DNA of 64,000 nucleotides, taken from NCBI GenBank assembly GCA_964373805.1, contig CAYJWF010000003.1, forward strand, positions 23,001-87,000. Direction: 5' to 3'. Each line of letters opens with the position of its first letter. Within the stretch, counting starts at the first letter, position 1. A model generated the notes under the pieces. The model had not been told where the DNA came from. It made no database searches and saw only the letters and a list, made by a program, of their open reading frames with translations. The position numbers were made by a program, and so were the translations under genes. Of this stretch, positions 1 through 10,711 are shown one piece after another. The stretch comes from an uncultured Planctomycetia bacterium (lineage in GTDB: Bacteria > Omnitrophota > Gorgyraeia > 1-14-0-20-64-10).

Positions 1-116
1 GTCAAGGCGAGGTTAACCTCTTTTACCGCCTCGATCCAGCGGGTGGGTTGGCCTAAGGTCCAGCGGCGTAAGGGAAACCGTTTGCTTAAATCGTTGGTCT
101 CTAAAATCGGTTCCAT
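1..116 (-). CDS. ABC transporter ATP-binding protein, OppF/DppF-type, N-terminal fragment truncated by window edge
   Basis: Hand translation of minus strand from ATG at 116: MEPILETNDLSKRFPLRRW...AVKEVNLAL, a typical OppF/DppF N-terminus. Not in ORF track because it runs off the window. Overlaps the stop of the upstream ATPase by ~16 nt. Confidence 0.6.
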   Translation of the reverse strand, partial: MEPILETNDLSKRFPLRRWTLGQPTRWIEAVKEVNLAL

Positions 117-934
117 GGAAGATTCTGTTTACCCTGGCCGACCTTGGGAATTGCTTTAAGAAGCGCCTGGGTATAAGGATGGCTGGGATTTCGGTAAAGC
201 TTGGACGTCTCGGCTGTCTCTACGATGCGGCCGGCCCGCATCACGGCCAGCCGATCCGAGAAGGGGGCCACCGCCATGAGGTCGTGGGTGATCAAAAGGA
301 TCGCCATCCCTAAGGAATTTCTCAGCTGCTTTAAGAGGGACAAGATCTCCGATTGGGTGGTTACATCCAGGGCCGTGGTCGGCTCATCGGCGATCAAGAG
401 GGCCGGTCGGCCGCTCAAGGCCATCGCGATCAGGACCCTCTGACGCATTCCCCCGGAGAGCTGATGCGGATACTGCCGCAGGCGTTCTTCTGGTAAAGGG
501 ATTTGAACTTGTTTAAGAAGTGCAACCGCTTTGCGCGAAGCGGCCTTCGTTGAGACCGGCTCGTAAAGCCGAATGCTTTCGCTCAGTTGTTCCCCGATGC
601 TCATCACGGGGTTTAAAGCGGCAAACGGATCCTGAAAGACGTAGGCGATTCCCCTGCCGCGGATCGCTCGAAGCTGCCTTTCCGAGAGAGAAGTCAGTTT
701 CTGCTGTTGAAAGAGGATTTGGCCGCGAACGATCCGAGCGAGAGGAGGCAGCAGCCGGCCGATGGAAAGGGCGAGCATCGTCTTTCCGCATCCGGACTCC
801 CCCACTAAGCAGAGGATCTCCTTCGGGCCCATTTCGAGGTCCACCCCATCGACCGCCCGGACAGGGGGTTCCAAGCGGGAGGAAGCGTCGATAAAGGTTT
901 GGAGATTCCGGATCGAGAGCAGAGGTGGGGCCAT
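101..934 (-). CDS. ABC transporter ATP-binding protein, OppD/DppD-type
   Basis: Walker A GESGCGKT, signature LSGGMRQRV, Walker B LLIADEPTTALD, H-loop ITHDL. ORF track gives 101..1120, but the first 62 aa are antisense-looking read-through. Internal ATG (MAPPLLSIRNL) at 934 makes an ATGA overlap with the upstream stop. Confidence 0.85.
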   Translation of the reverse strand: MAPPLLSIRNLQTFIDASSRLEPPVRAVDGVDLEMGPKEILCLVGESGCGKTMLALSIGRLLPPLARIVRGQILFQQQKLTSLSERQLRAIRGRGIAYVFQDPFAALNPVMSIGEQLSESIRLYEPVSTKAASRKAVALLKQVQIPLPEERLRQYPHQLSGGMRQRVLIAMALSGRPALLIADEPTTALDVTTQSEILSLLKQLRNSLGMAILLITHDLMAVAPFSDRLAVMRAGRIVETAETSKLYRNPSHPYTQALLKAIPKVGQGKQNLPWNRF

Positions 935-1650
935 CAAGAGGGAGAACGGAGGCGTCGGTTGAGACCATAGTAGCCGGAGCAGCGCAGCCACATGCCAAAG
1001 GAGGAGCTGGCCTTTTCGTGGATGCTGATTCGCCGCAAGGCCCATCGGTCGATGGGGAATCGCCGAGTCCCCCGATTGGTGGTGCAGGCGGCCCGGTAGC
1101 CGGCCTCTTTCGCCAGGCAAGCCACCTCGGCGGTAAAGCCGCCGCCGGGATAGCTTAAGGTGTCGACCGTTAACCCAAGGCTTCCTAAGATCTGCTTGGA
1201 CTTAAAAAGCTCCACCTGAGCATGGGTCAAGCTCAAGGAAGGCAGATAGGCGTGGTTAAGCGTGTGGCTACCGAAGGAGATCCCTTGGGTTGCCATCGTT
1301 CGGATCTGATCCTGGTTGAGAGAATTGGGTTTGCCGACGTTCTGGGCGATGAGGAAGATCGTCGCCGGGATTCGATAACGAATCAGAATGGGGCAGGCGT
1401 AGTCGAAGGTATCCTCCGTACCGTCATCAAAGGTGACCACGACCCCTTTGGGGTCGAGAGGCTTTTCCTTTTCGAGATGAAGGAGGAGATCCGACAGGGG
1501 AAGAGGCCGCCGTTTACGGGAGAGGATAAACATTTGTCGTTCGAAAGATTCCGGAGATAAGGTCGGGGTATCCGAAGACCTCTCCGGATGGATTCGGTGG
1601 TAAAGGAGGATCGGTGGATACCAGAGGGGATTCATCTTTTGGGGTCTCAA
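934..1650 (-). CDS. polysaccharide deacetylase, CE4/NodB-homology family
   Basis: ILLYHRI...VTFDDG...HTLNH motifs typical of NodB-type deacetylases. Stop overlaps the next start (ATGA). Confidence 0.75.
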   Translation of the reverse strand: MRPQKMNPLWYPPILLYHRIHPERSSDTPTLSPESFERQMFILSRKRRPLPLSDLLLHLEKEKPLDPKGVVVTFDDGTEDTFDYACPILIRYRIPATIFLIAQNVGKPNSLNQDQIRTMATQGISFGSHTLNHAYLPSLSLTHAQVELFKSKQILGSLGLTVDTLSYPGGGFTAEVACLAKEAGYRAACTTNRGTRRFPIDRWALRRISIHEKASSSFGMWLRCSGYYGLNRRLRSPS

Positions 1651-2462
1651 CCCGTTAGGGCCTTACGACCTGAAACGAGCAGGTAACGGCCGGTTCCCGG
1701 ACACCACGTTTGGGCCGCAAGGTCGGCCTTGAAGAGAAGATCCTCTCCCTCCGGATCGAGATGCTCCGGATTCACCACCCACCAGGAGAAGAAGCCAATG
1801 GGGGTAACGCTCAGCACCTCGACCTTTAACTCCCGATACCATTCCAGGAGCTGTTCCCTTTCCTGCCAGTTGTAATAGGAGTTTTCCAGCGTCCCTTCAC
1901 GGGCGCTGAGCAGGAGTTGGACCGATTTGAAATCTTTTCGTTGGAACGCCTCGGCCAGATAATAGCCGGTGGGACGGTGGGAGATAAAGCACAAACCTCC
2001 TGGACTGAGAACCCGGAGGAGTCCTTCCAACAGCTCCCGATGGTTGGGACGCAGGTACAACACCTCGCTGCAGATCACGGCGTCGTAAGAGTCGTTCGGT
2101 TGTCGCGGGAGCCATCGGGTTAAGTCGGCTCGGATCAGATGGACCGCAGCGCCAGCCTCTTGGGCATGCCGCCGGCAGCGGTGCAGGGCGAGCCCCGAGC
2201 TATCGACGCCGGTCACCTGGTGACCTGCCTGGGCCAGAGGGATCGCGAGCCTGCCGGTTTGGCAGCCGGCATCTAAGATCTTCCAAGGAACCTGTGGAAC
2301 CTGCTCCCGCAGGATCTGGTTCATCCGATTAAGATACAACCGGGCGAAGTACCGTTCTCCGGGATTCTCCCACATGTCGTAGTAGGTTGGCTCATCCCGT
2401 AAGATGGCCCGACGGATTTTTCGGGCCATCTTTGAGAAGGGGTCTCTCACGGGGTCCGCCAT
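1647..2462 (-). CDS. class I SAM-dependent methyltransferase
   Basis: C-terminal 271 aa of track ORF 1647..3173. Motif I ILDAGCQTGRLAI, acidic VDSS, motif II-like DAVICSEV. Start MADPV at 2462 preceded by GAGG Shine-Dalgarno. The upstream part of the track ORF is antisense to dppC. Confidence 0.7.
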   Translation of the reverse strand: MADPVRDPFSKMARKIRRAILRDEPTYYDMWENPGERYFARLYLNRMNQILREQVPQVPWKILDAGCQTGRLAIPLAQAGHQVTGVDSSGLALHRCRRHAQEAGAAVHLIRADLTRWLPRQPNDSYDAVICSEVLYLRPNHRELLEGLLRVLSPGGLCFISHRPTGYYLAEAFQRKDFKSVQLLLSAREGTLENSYYNWQEREQLLEWYRELKVEVLSVTPIGFFSWWVVNPEHLDPEGEDLLFKADLAAQTWCPGTGRYLLVSGRKALTG

Positions 2463-3262
2463 GCTCGCCTCAATCCCTCTGCGAGGAAGTGGCATCCCAA
2501 GACGGTGAAGAAGATCGCCGCTCCGGGAACGATCGTCAGCCACCAGGCAACGCCGAGGGTCGCCTTCCCTTCGGAAAGGATATTCCCCCAACTGGGGGTG
2601 GGAGGTTGGATCCCAATCCCTAAGAAACTTAAGCCGGATTCCAATAGGATGGCCGATCCGATCCCTAAAGGGATGCTGACGAGGATGGGAGCCATGGCGT
2701 TCGGCAAGAGGTGTCGAACGATGATCCGAAACCCCGAGGCCCCGATGGCTCGGGCGGCCTGGACGAAATCCCGTTCTTTTAAGGTCAAGATCTCCGCGCG
2801 AACGAGGCGGGCCAGGCCCATCCATCCGGTCAATCCGATGATCGCCATCAAATGAAAGACACCGGGCTCGAGAAAAGCGACGGCGGCTAGGATGAGGAAC
2901 AGAGTGGGAAAACAGAACAGGATGTCGACTACGCGCATGGCCAGCCAATCCACCCATCCTCCCTGGGTGCCGGCGATTGTTCCGACCGCGACCCCTATCC
3001 CGGTAGCCAGTCCCACGGCGAGGAATCCTATGCCTAAGGAGATGCGAGCCCCGTAGAGGATTCGGGCCAGTACGTCCCGACCCAATTGGTCGGTTCCGAA
3101 GGGATGCGTTCGGGAGGGAGCCGAGAGCGCCTCCTCCAGTCGGATCTCCTTGGGATCGGCGGGGCTGACCCAAGGGGCCAGCAAGGCTCCCGATAGAAAA
3201 CTGCCGAGAAGGATAAGACCGATCCAGCTCATGCCGTTCGGAGGGAAAACCGTCCGGGTCAT
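2447..3262 (-). CDS. ABC transporter permease, OppC/DppC-type
   Basis: C-terminal 271 aa of track ORF 2447..3835. Multiple TM segments and EAA-like loop (QAARAIGASGFRIIVRHLLPN). Start MTRTVFPP at 3262 in ATGA overlap with dppB stop. Confidence 0.85.
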   Translation of the reverse strand: MTRTVFPPNGMSWIGLILLGSFLSGALLAPWVSPADPKEIRLEEALSAPSRTHPFGTDQLGRDVLARILYGARISLGIGFLAVGLATGIGVAVGTIAGTQGGWVDWLAMRVVDILFCFPTLFLILAAVAFLEPGVFHLMAIIGLTGWMGLARLVRAEILTLKERDFVQAARAIGASGFRIIVRHLLPNAMAPILVSIPLGIGSAILLESGLSFLGIGIQPPTPSWGNILSEGKATLGVAWWLTIVPGAAIFFTVLGCHFLAEGLRRAWRTP

Positions 3263-4239
3263 GCGGTCTCCGCGGCGCGGATGCGGGGATCCGCGAAAGC
3301 GTAAGCGATATCGGCCAAGAGGTTCCCGAGAAGCGTTAAGGCAGCTCCCAAGGAGAGCAGCCCCATGATGACCGGATAGTCGCGGCTCATCACCGAGTCG
3401 AAGAAGAGCCGGCCCATTCCGGGAATCGCGAAGATCGATTCCAAAATGACCGATCCCCCCAACAGGCCCGGGATCGATAATCCGAGGAGCGTGATGAGAG
3501 GCAAAAGAGCATTCCGAAAGGCGTGCCGGTACAAAACAGCTCCCGGCGGCAAACCCTTTGCCCTGGCGGTGCGAATGTAATCCTGACGGAGAACCTCCAC
3601 CATTTGAGAGCGGACGTACCGGGAGTAACCGGCCAGCTCCCCGAAGGCGGCGATTCCAACCGGCAGGATGAGATGCCTCCCTAAATCGAGCCCCCGGTTC
3701 ATGGGACCCCATCGATCGGCTCCCAGGGAAAATAGGCCGGAGACTGGAAGCCACCCTAATCGGACACTCAGTCCATCCAGACACAGGAGGGCGACCCAAT
3801 AGGTGGGCAGCGCGAATCCAACGAAGGTCACCCACGTGACCGCGTGGTCAAAGACCGATCCTTCCCTGGCGGCGCTTGAGACGCCTAAGGGAATGGCGAT
3901 CCCAAGAACGAGAACGAGGGATAAGAGATTGATCGAGAGAGTGACCGGGATGCGCTCGAGGATCTTCTCGGCCACCGGCCGAGCGTCTCGAAAGGAAAGC
4001 CCGAAATCCCCTTTCAAGAGTCGACCCACCCAGGCCAGATACTGTTCGGGTAGCGGCCGGTCGAGGCCGTAGAGGGCGATCAACTGTTCCTTCGCTTGGA
4101 AAGAGACCTTCACGTTAAGATCGCTGATCACGTCGGTCGGTTTCCCGGGAGCCAGGTGCATCACGGCGAAGCTGATCAGCGTGATCCCCAGGAAGATCGG
4201 GATGAGGGACAACCCGCGTCGGATGAGAAACCGGACCAT
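3259..4239 (-). CDS. ABC transporter permease, OppB/DppB-type
   Basis: MVRFLIRRGLSLIPIFLGITLISF N-terminus, 6 TM helices, conserved YIRTARAKGL loop. Confidence 0.85.
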   Translation of the reverse strand: MVRFLIRRGLSLIPIFLGITLISFAVMHLAPGKPTDVISDLNVKVSFQAKEQLIALYGLDRPLPEQYLAWVGRLLKGDFGLSFRDARPVAEKILERIPVTLSINLLSLVLVLGIAIPLGVSSAAREGSVFDHAVTWVTFVGFALPTYWVALLCLDGLSVRLGWLPVSGLFSLGADRWGPMNRGLDLGRHLILPVGIAAFGELAGYSRYVRSQMVEVLRQDYIRTARAKGLPPGAVLYRHAFRNALLPLITLLGLSIPGLLGGSVILESIFAIPGMGRLFFDSVMSRDYPVIMGLLSLGAALTLLGNLLADIAYAFADPRIRAAETA

Positions 4240-5859
4240 CTATTCCTCCAATCGGTACCGCTGAAGATGGGGGGGGACGTACCAGTGGATCAGGTTCTGT
4301 CCGATCCCCAAGGGGGTCACCTCCACCTCTTGAAAACGTCGGTGGATCGCGGGTAAGCCATCGGGAACGTACAGGAAGCATACCGGCTGTTCATCGTAGA
4401 GCAACCGATGGAACGCGCGATAAATTTCCGCTCGCCGCTTCAGATCGAAGGTCAATCGCCCCTCGATGAGGAGTTGGTCGGCCTTGGGGTGAGAGAAACC
4501 TAGGAAGTTAAACTCACCGGGCTTTACCTTAGAAGAGTGCCAGAGGTCGTAGGGGTCCGGTTCCCGGGAGAGGGCCCAACCCAAGAGGATCGCTTCGAAG
4601 CGCCGCTTGTCGATGAACTCATGGAGGAGCGCCGACCATTCCAAGATTCGAATCTTGACGCGAATGCCCACGGAGCTTAAGCGACGCTGAATGATCTGAG
4701 CGGTTAATTCTCGGGAGAGATTCCCTTGATTGGTGAGAAGGGTGAATTCGAAGGGAGCGCCATCCCGATCCAGAATTCCGTCCCCATCGGTGTCGCGCCA
4801 TCCGGCTTGGGCGAGAAGGGTGCGAGCCTTCTCCGGATCGTAAGGAGCCGGATGGACGTCCGGGTTGTGCGCCCACGATTCCTCTGGGAAGGGGCCGGTG
4901 GACACCTTCCCTAACCCCAAGAGGACGCCTCGGATGATCTCGGATTTATCGATGGCCAGGTTGATTGCCTGGCGGACTCGTTTGTTCTGAAATTTTGGAT
5001 CCTTCAGGTTATACCCCAAGTAGGTGTATCCAAGGCTGGGATACTGAAATTTATGGAAATGCCGCGAGAATCGTTTCGTGTCCGTCATCCGGCTAAACTG
5101 TAACGGGGTCAAGCCGGCCGAATCGATCCCCTGAACTCCAAGCTCTAGGAAGATCGTGGCCTGATCCGGGACGATCCGAGTGACGGTGCCGTCCAGGTAA
5201 GGGCGCCCTTCAAAGTAGTCGGGGTTCGCCGTGAGTTCGATGCGATCTGCCCGAATCCAACGGTAAAACCGAAAGGGGCCGGTCCCTACCGGTCTTTCCC
5301 GGAATGGGGTTCGGGTTAACTCCTCTCCTTGCAGCAGATGCTTCGGGAGGATTCCCATTCCCCAGGAGCTTAAGGCTGGGGCAAACGGCTCCCGGTATCG
5401 AATCCGAATCGTATGGGGATCGACCACCTTAACCCAAGCCACCCGTTCAAAGTCCCCTCGGTAGGGGGTGGGAACCGAGGGGTCGATGAGCCGCTCGTAG
5501 GTAAAGGCGACGTCTTGAGCCGTGAAAGGGCGTCCATCGTGCCAGAGGACTCCTTCCTTAAGATGGAAAAGGATCTCTAACCCTTTCTCCCGGATCTCCC
5601 AGCTTTCGGCCAAGTCGCCCACTAAGGTTAAGTCTCGGTCGTACTTGACCAGGCCGTTAAAGATCAGTCCGCAGACCTCGGCCGAGGCGCTGTCGGAGGC
5701 AAGAATCGGAATCAAAGTGGAAGGTTCTCCCAAGCTGGCGGTGACGAGGGTATCCCCACGCGTGGGAACAAGGGTTTCGTCGGAAGTGTGGGCCAGCCGG
5801 GGCGAGGCTAAGGAAAATTGTGCGAGAAGAACCGCGGTAAAGAGATTCCGCTTATTCAC
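4240..5859 (-). CDS. ABC transporter substrate-binding protein, family 5 (peptide/nickel/oligosaccharide type)
   Basis: 539 aa with N-terminal signal peptide (MNKRNLFTAVLLAQFSLASP). Length and composition typical of DppA/OppA-family SBPs. Immediately followed by the permease genes. Confidence 0.8.
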   Translation of the reverse strand: MNKRNLFTAVLLAQFSLASPRLAHTSDETLVPTRGDTLVTASLGEPSTLIPILASDSASAEVCGLIFNGLVKYDRDLTLVGDLAESWEIREKGLEILFHLKEGVLWHDGRPFTAQDVAFTYERLIDPSVPTPYRGDFERVAWVKVVDPHTIRIRYREPFAPALSSWGMGILPKHLLQGEELTRTPFRERPVGTGPFRFYRWIRADRIELTANPDYFEGRPYLDGTVTRIVPDQATIFLELGVQGIDSAGLTPLQFSRMTDTKRFSRHFHKFQYPSLGYTYLGYNLKDPKFQNKRVRQAINLAIDKSEIIRGVLLGLGKVSTGPFPEESWAHNPDVHPAPYDPEKARTLLAQAGWRDTDGDGILDRDGAPFEFTLLTNQGNLSRELTAQIIQRRLSSVGIRVKIRILEWSALLHEFIDKRRFEAILLGWALSREPDPYDLWHSSKVKPGEFNFLGFSHPKADQLLIEGRLTFDLKRRAEIYRAFHRLLYDEQPVCFLYVPDGLPAIHRRFQEVEVTPLGIGQNLIHWYVPPHLQRYRLEE

Positions 5860-6163
5860 TCACGGGCGGCTTTTCTTCTGGGGCCGGTGGAACGACCGCT
5901 TTGGCCGGTACTTTCTCCAGGAGGGAGCGCCCCCGTTGAACGGAGAGGAAAGCCAAAGTAAACGAGGTCACCATAAAGATCGCGGCAAAGGCGGTGGTCG
6001 CCCGTGTCAGATACGCCGCGGCTCGGGTTCCAAAGATCGATTGCGCGGCTCCCCCTCCAAAGGCGTCGGCAAAACCTCCTCCCCGACCGGCCTGAAGCAG
6101 GATTACGGCAATCAGGACCACGCAGGCGAGGATATGGATCAAGAGCACTAACCCGTACAGCAT
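5852..6163 (-). CDS. secG: preprotein translocase subunit SecG
   Basis: 103 aa with two TM helices flanking a Gly-rich loop (LLQAGRGGGFADAFGGGAAQSIFG), the SecG signature. Confidence 0.8.
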   Translation of the reverse strand: MLYGLVLLIHILACVVLIAVILLQAGRGGGFADAFGGGAAQSIFGTRAAAYLTRATTAFAAIFMVTSFTLAFLSVQRGRSLLEKVPAKAVVPPAPEEKPPVSE

Positions 6164-6945
6164 GGGGATCCTTTCGCTCGTAAAGTGGATTCCACGATAG
6201 AGAGGAAGGCCTTTGGGTCTAAACTCGCTCCTCCGACTAAAGCGCCATCCACATTGGGTTTGTTCAAGATTTCACTCGCATTTTCCGGCTTGACCGATCC
6301 GCCGTACAGAATCCGAACCGCGTCGGTTTCGGTCCCACCAAACCGTTTGGTGAGCCACGATCGAATCTGCCCGTGGACTTCCTCGGCTTGGATCCCGGTG
6401 GCGTTGGCACCGGTTCCAATGGCCCAAACCGGTTCGTAGGCGATCACGACCTGACGATTTAACCGAGAGCCTTCCACCCCGTTTAAATCGGCCTCAAGCT
6501 GAGATTGAACCACCTCCCAGGTTCGTTTGCTTTTCCGTTCCGGGAGCGTCTCCCCCACGCAGAGAATGGCCCTCAAGCCTTCTTTTATAATAGTTAAAAT
6601 CTTTTTATTAATAACAATATCCGTTTCTCCCAGCGCATGGCGGCGTTCCGAATGTCCCACGATGGAAAAACGGCATCCCACCTCCTTCAGCATGGGGGCG
6701 GAGATCTCCCCGGTGAAGGCCCCCTGCAACTCCCAATGGAGGTTTTGCGCCCCCAAGGCGATGGGAGAGGCCTTTACGATCTCGGCCACCGTTGACAAGG
6801 CGGTAAAGGGAGGGCACAGAACCACCTCCACATCGGGCGATGGCGGCAGGCCTTTTAAGATCCTCTTGGCCAGCGCCGCCGCTTGGGTTAAGGTCCCGTT
6901 CATCTTCCAATTCCCCACAACCAAGGGAATTCGGTCCTTAGTCAT
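6148..6945 (-). CDS. tpiA: triosephosphate isomerase
   Basis: VGNWKMNG N-terminal motif, [26 protein letters not shown]. These are all TIM hallmarks. Confidence 0.92.
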   Translation of the reverse strand: MTKDRIPLVVGNWKMNGTLTQAAALAKRILKGLPPSPDVEVVLCPPFTALSTVAEIVKASPIALGAQNLHWELQGAFTGEISAPMLKEVGCRFSIVGHSERRHALGETDIVINKKILTIIKEGLRAILCVGETLPERKSKRTWEVVQSQLEADLNGVEGSRLNRQVVIAYEPVWAIGTGANATGIQAEEVHGQIRSWLTKRFGGTETDAVRILYGGSVKPENASEILNKPNVDGALVGGASLDPKAFLSIVESTLRAKGSPCCTG

Positions 6946-8141
6946 AGGTCATTCTTCCGTAGGGCCGCTACCCCGGGTAAGATTTTCCCTTCCAGATATT
7001 CCAGGCTTGCCCCGCCGCCTGTGGAGACGTGGGTCATCCTGTGGGCTAACCCAAATTTTACCACTGCCGCGGCGGTATCTCCTCCCCCTACCACGGAGAT
7101 TGCCCCGGAGTTGGCCACGGCTTGGGCAATGGCCCGAGTTCCATGAGAGAACGGCTCCACCTCACAGACCCCCACTGGTCCGTTCCAGAGAATCGTCCGG
7201 GCCTTTGGGATAAGCCCGGTATAAGCGGCCACCGTTTTGGGACCGATGTCGACCCCTTCCCATCCCTCGGGGACGCCCGGCCTTTCCGTGGTTCGCGTGG
7301 GGGCATCTGGGGCGATCGATTTCGCCACGACGTGATCCAAGGGGAGTTTAAGATCGATCCCTTTTTGACGCGCTTTGTCGAGGAGCTCTCGGGCCACCGG
7401 CATCCGATCCTTCTCTACCGGAGAGCGGCCCACACCGATCCCCTGGGCGGCGAAGAAGGTGTACTGCATCCCGCCGCCAATCAGGATTCCATCCACCTGA
7501 TCGATCAAGCGGTCTATGAGCGGAATCTTATCGGAGACCTTCGCCCCTCCTAAGATCAACCAGTAGGGCCGCTCGGGATTTAACAGCACCTGGTCGAGCG
7601 CTTTAAGCTCCTTCTCCAGTAGGAATCCGGCCGCGGAGGGCAGAAGCTGGGCAACCCCCACCGTCGAGGCATGGGCCCGGTGGGCCGTTCCAAAGGCATC
7701 GTTCACGTAGAGGTCCCCTAACCGGGCCAAGGCTTGAGCGAAGGCGGGGGCGTTGGCCTCCTCTTCCGGATGGAATCGGAGATTCTCCAGAAGCAGCGCC
7801 CTCCCCGGTTTTAGGGCCGCGCCCTGGGCCTCGACCTCGGGGCCGATGCAATCGGCAGCCATCTCCACCGGTTGGCCCAGGAGACGCTGCAGGGATTCGC
7901 CCACCGGCCGCAGGGAGTATTCTCGAACCATTTTTCCATCGGGCCTCCCCAAATGGCTCATCAAGATGACCTTGGCTTGGGTTTCTAAGGCGTATCGAAT
8001 GGTCGGCAAGGCCGCTTCGATTCGGGTCGTGTCGGCGACCCGGCCGTCTGTAAGAGGGACGTTGAAGTCGACCCGGATCAGCACCCGACGCTGGTGGAGC
8101 TCTACGTCTCGGATCGTTCGCAAGGCCGTCGCGGTGGGCAT
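6942..8141 (-). CDS. pgk: phosphoglycerate kinase
   Basis: [12 protein letters not shown]-terminal motif, GGGDT...GGGASLE C-terminus. Track ORF extends to 8222 but would overlap gap. ATG at 8141 ([12 protein letters not shown]) gives a ~399 aa canonical PGK. Confidence 0.9.
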   Translation of the reverse strand: MPTATALRTIRDVELHQRRVLIRVDFNVPLTDGRVADTTRIEAALPTIRYALETQAKVILMSHLGRPDGKMVREYSLRPVGESLQRLLGQPVEMAADCIGPEVEAQGAALKPGRALLLENLRFHPEEEANAPAFAQALARLGDLYVNDAFGTAHRAHASTVGVAQLLPSAAGFLLEKELKALDQVLLNPERPYWLILGGAKVSDKIPLIDRLIDQVDGILIGGGMQYTFFAAQGIGVGRSPVEKDRMPVARELLDKARQKGIDLKLPLDHVVAKSIAPDAPTRTTERPGVPEGWEGVDIGPKTVAAYTGLIPKARTILWNGPVGVCEVEPFSHGTRAIAQAVANSGAISVVGGGDTAAAVVKFGLAHRMTHVSTGGGASLEYLEGKILPGVAALRKNDL

Positions 8142-8149
8142 GAAAAGGT

Positions 8150-9175
<1,026 letters not shown>

Positions 9176-9188
9176 CTAAGAAAACTCC

Positions 9189-9217
9189 ATATTACCCCTT
9201 TCCAACAGTGGGATCAA
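9189..9217 (-). promoter_or_regulatory. candidate sigma70-type promoter for gap-pgk-tpiA-secG (and downstream dpp genes)
   Basis: Minus-strand reading of the 80-bp gap between fmt stop and gap start: TTGATC, 17-nt spacer, TAATAT. Then ~25-nt leader with AGAGGAGAA Shine-Dalgarno before the gap ATG. Confidence 0.45.
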
Positions 9218-9237
9218 GATAGGTGTTGCGAATCGGA

Positions 9238-10185
9238 TTAGGGGTGACCGGTGAGGACGGTTCCAACGGGAAGCGGGTGGCCGAGGAGGAAATCGGCGGC
9301 CTTAAGGACCTTTCCACCGGCCGGCTGAAGGCGGTTGATGCGCAGTTGCCCTTGGGCCGTCTGAACCCAGAGGCCGGCTTTGGGATCGGCCAAGACCACC
9401 GTGCCGTAAGGAACGTGCGGGTCGTGGCGACCCGGATCAGGCGTGGTGGCGATCAGCTTCAGGGATCTTCCATTCACCCAGGTCTGTGCCCCTGGCCAAG
9501 GTTGGACGGCCCGAATCCGGCGGTGGATCTCGAGGCAGCTCGACTTCCAATCGATGATCCCATCCCCTTTTTTCAGAACCGGGGCGTAGGTGGCCTCCTC
9601 TTCTTTCTGTGAGACGATCGGTGGCGACCCTAAGCCGATGAGGTCCAGACCTTTTAACATCAGGAGGCTCCCCAACTCGGCCAGTTTTTGGGAGAGGGTC
9701 ATGGCGGTATCTTCAGGGTCGATCGGATGCTTGGCCTGTAAGAGGATCGGCCCATGGTCCAGCATCTCGTCCAGTTGGAAAATCGTGATACCGGTCTCGG
9801 ACTCGCCAAGGAGGATGGCCCAAGGGATCGGGGCAGCTCCCCGGAATTTGGGCAGCAAGGAGGGGTGAAGGTTGTAGGCTCCTCGGGGAAAGAGCTGCAA
9901 CAGGGCCAACGGGAGGAGACGTCCGTAGGCCACTACCACGGCGACTTCCGGCTTGAGGCGTTGGATCTCTTTAAGGAAAGGGCTCGCCCTTAGGCTGTCA
10001 GGTTCCAGGACCGGCAGCTTGGCCGCTTGGGCCGCCAGCTTGACGGCCGAGGGGGACGGTCTCCTTCCCCGCCCTTGAGGGCGATCCGGTTGGGTCACCA
10101 CGGCCAACACCGAATGAGGGCTTTCGATCAGCCGCTGAAGAGCAGGAACGGCGAACTCAGGGGTCCCGAAAAAGAGTAGTTGCAT
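9238..10185 (-). CDS. fmt: methionyl-tRNA formyltransferase
   Basis: MQLLFFGTPEFAVPAL N-terminus, HPSLLPKFRGAAPI (SLLP motif), C-terminal domain. Track ORF 9238..10431 has an antisense-like N-extension. ATG at 10185 overlaps the def stop (TAATG). Confidence 0.85.
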   Translation of the reverse strand: MQLLFFGTPEFAVPALQRLIESPHSVLAVVTQPDRPQGRGRRPSPSAVKLAAQAAKLPVLEPDSLRASPFLKEIQRLKPEVAVVVAYGRLLPLALLQLFPRGAYNLHPSLLPKFRGAAPIPWAILLGESETGITIFQLDEMLDHGPILLQAKHPIDPEDTAMTLSQKLAELGSLLMLKGLDLIGLGSPPIVSQKEEEATYAPVLKKGDGIIDWKSSCLEIHRRIRAVQPWPGAQTWVNGRSLKLIATTPDPGRHDPHVPYGTVVLADPKAGLWVQTAQGQLRINRLQPAGGKVLKAADFLLGHPLPVGTVLTGHP

Positions 10186-10697
10186 TACACGGTAACCCGG
10201 CTTAAGGCCTTGGAGAGTTGGTGGTACGTTTGAAGCAGACGTCTCCTCGACCAGAACCCAAGTCGATCGATGAACAGATGTCCTTGAAGGTGGTCCACCT
10301 CGTGCTGCAGGATCTTGGCCAGCAGTCCATCCGCTTGAAGCGTGACCGGCCTCGCCTCTCGATCTAAACCCTTCGCGGTGAGCCGGACCGAGCGGGTAAC
10401 AGAGGAAGAAATGCCGGGCAAGGAGAGGCATCCTTCGGCAGAGGTGCCCCGGCCGCGGCGATCCGTTAAAACGGCGTTCAAGAGGACCAGCTCTTTTCCC
10501 GGTTGCCCGTCGGGACTGGCGACGAGGATGTTCCAGGGAGAGCCGACTTGGTTCGCCGCCAGTCCCACCCCTTGGGCAGCGTGCATGGTTTCGATCATGG
10601 CGTCGATCAGACGGTGGATCTCTTGCGTGACCTCCGTGACGGTAACGGCCTTTCGATGCAGCAGCGGATGAGGCTCTTTCAGGATTGGTCGAATCAC
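10185..10697 (-). CDS. def: peptide deformylase
   Basis: GVGLAANQVG, EGCLSLPG and HEVDHLQG are the three PDF motifs. Canonical def-fmt order. Confidence 0.92.
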   Translation of the reverse strand: MIRPILKEPHPLLHRKAVTVTEVTQEIHRLIDAMIETMHAAQGVGLAANQVGSPWNILVASPDGQPGKELVLLNAVLTDRRGRGTSAEGCLSLPGISSSVTRSVRLTAKGLDREARPVTLQADGLLAKILQHEVDHLQGHLFIDRLGFWSRRRLLQTYHQLSKALSRVTV

Positions 10698-10711
10698 GTT
10701 ATCGACTCACC

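Noticed and set aside
520-894. Plus-strand ORF (124 aa), with similar plus-strand ORFs at 201..443, 762..962 and 925..1158
   Set aside because: Lies entirely antisense to the DppD-type ATPase gene. Arg/Pro/Gly-rich low-complexity translation typical of antisense frames in GC-rich DNA. No motifs.
2463-3173. N-terminal 237 aa of track ORF 1647..3173, and N-terminal 191 aa of track ORF 2447..3835
   Set aside because: These extensions are out-of-frame read-through across the neighbouring dppC/dppB genes (Arg/Pro/Gly-rich, no fold signal). Internal ATGs with SD and stop/start overlaps give canonical-length proteins.
5522-6151. Plus-strand ORF of 209 aa
   Set aside because: Antisense to dppA/secG. 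Low-complexity basic sequence with no recognisable domain.
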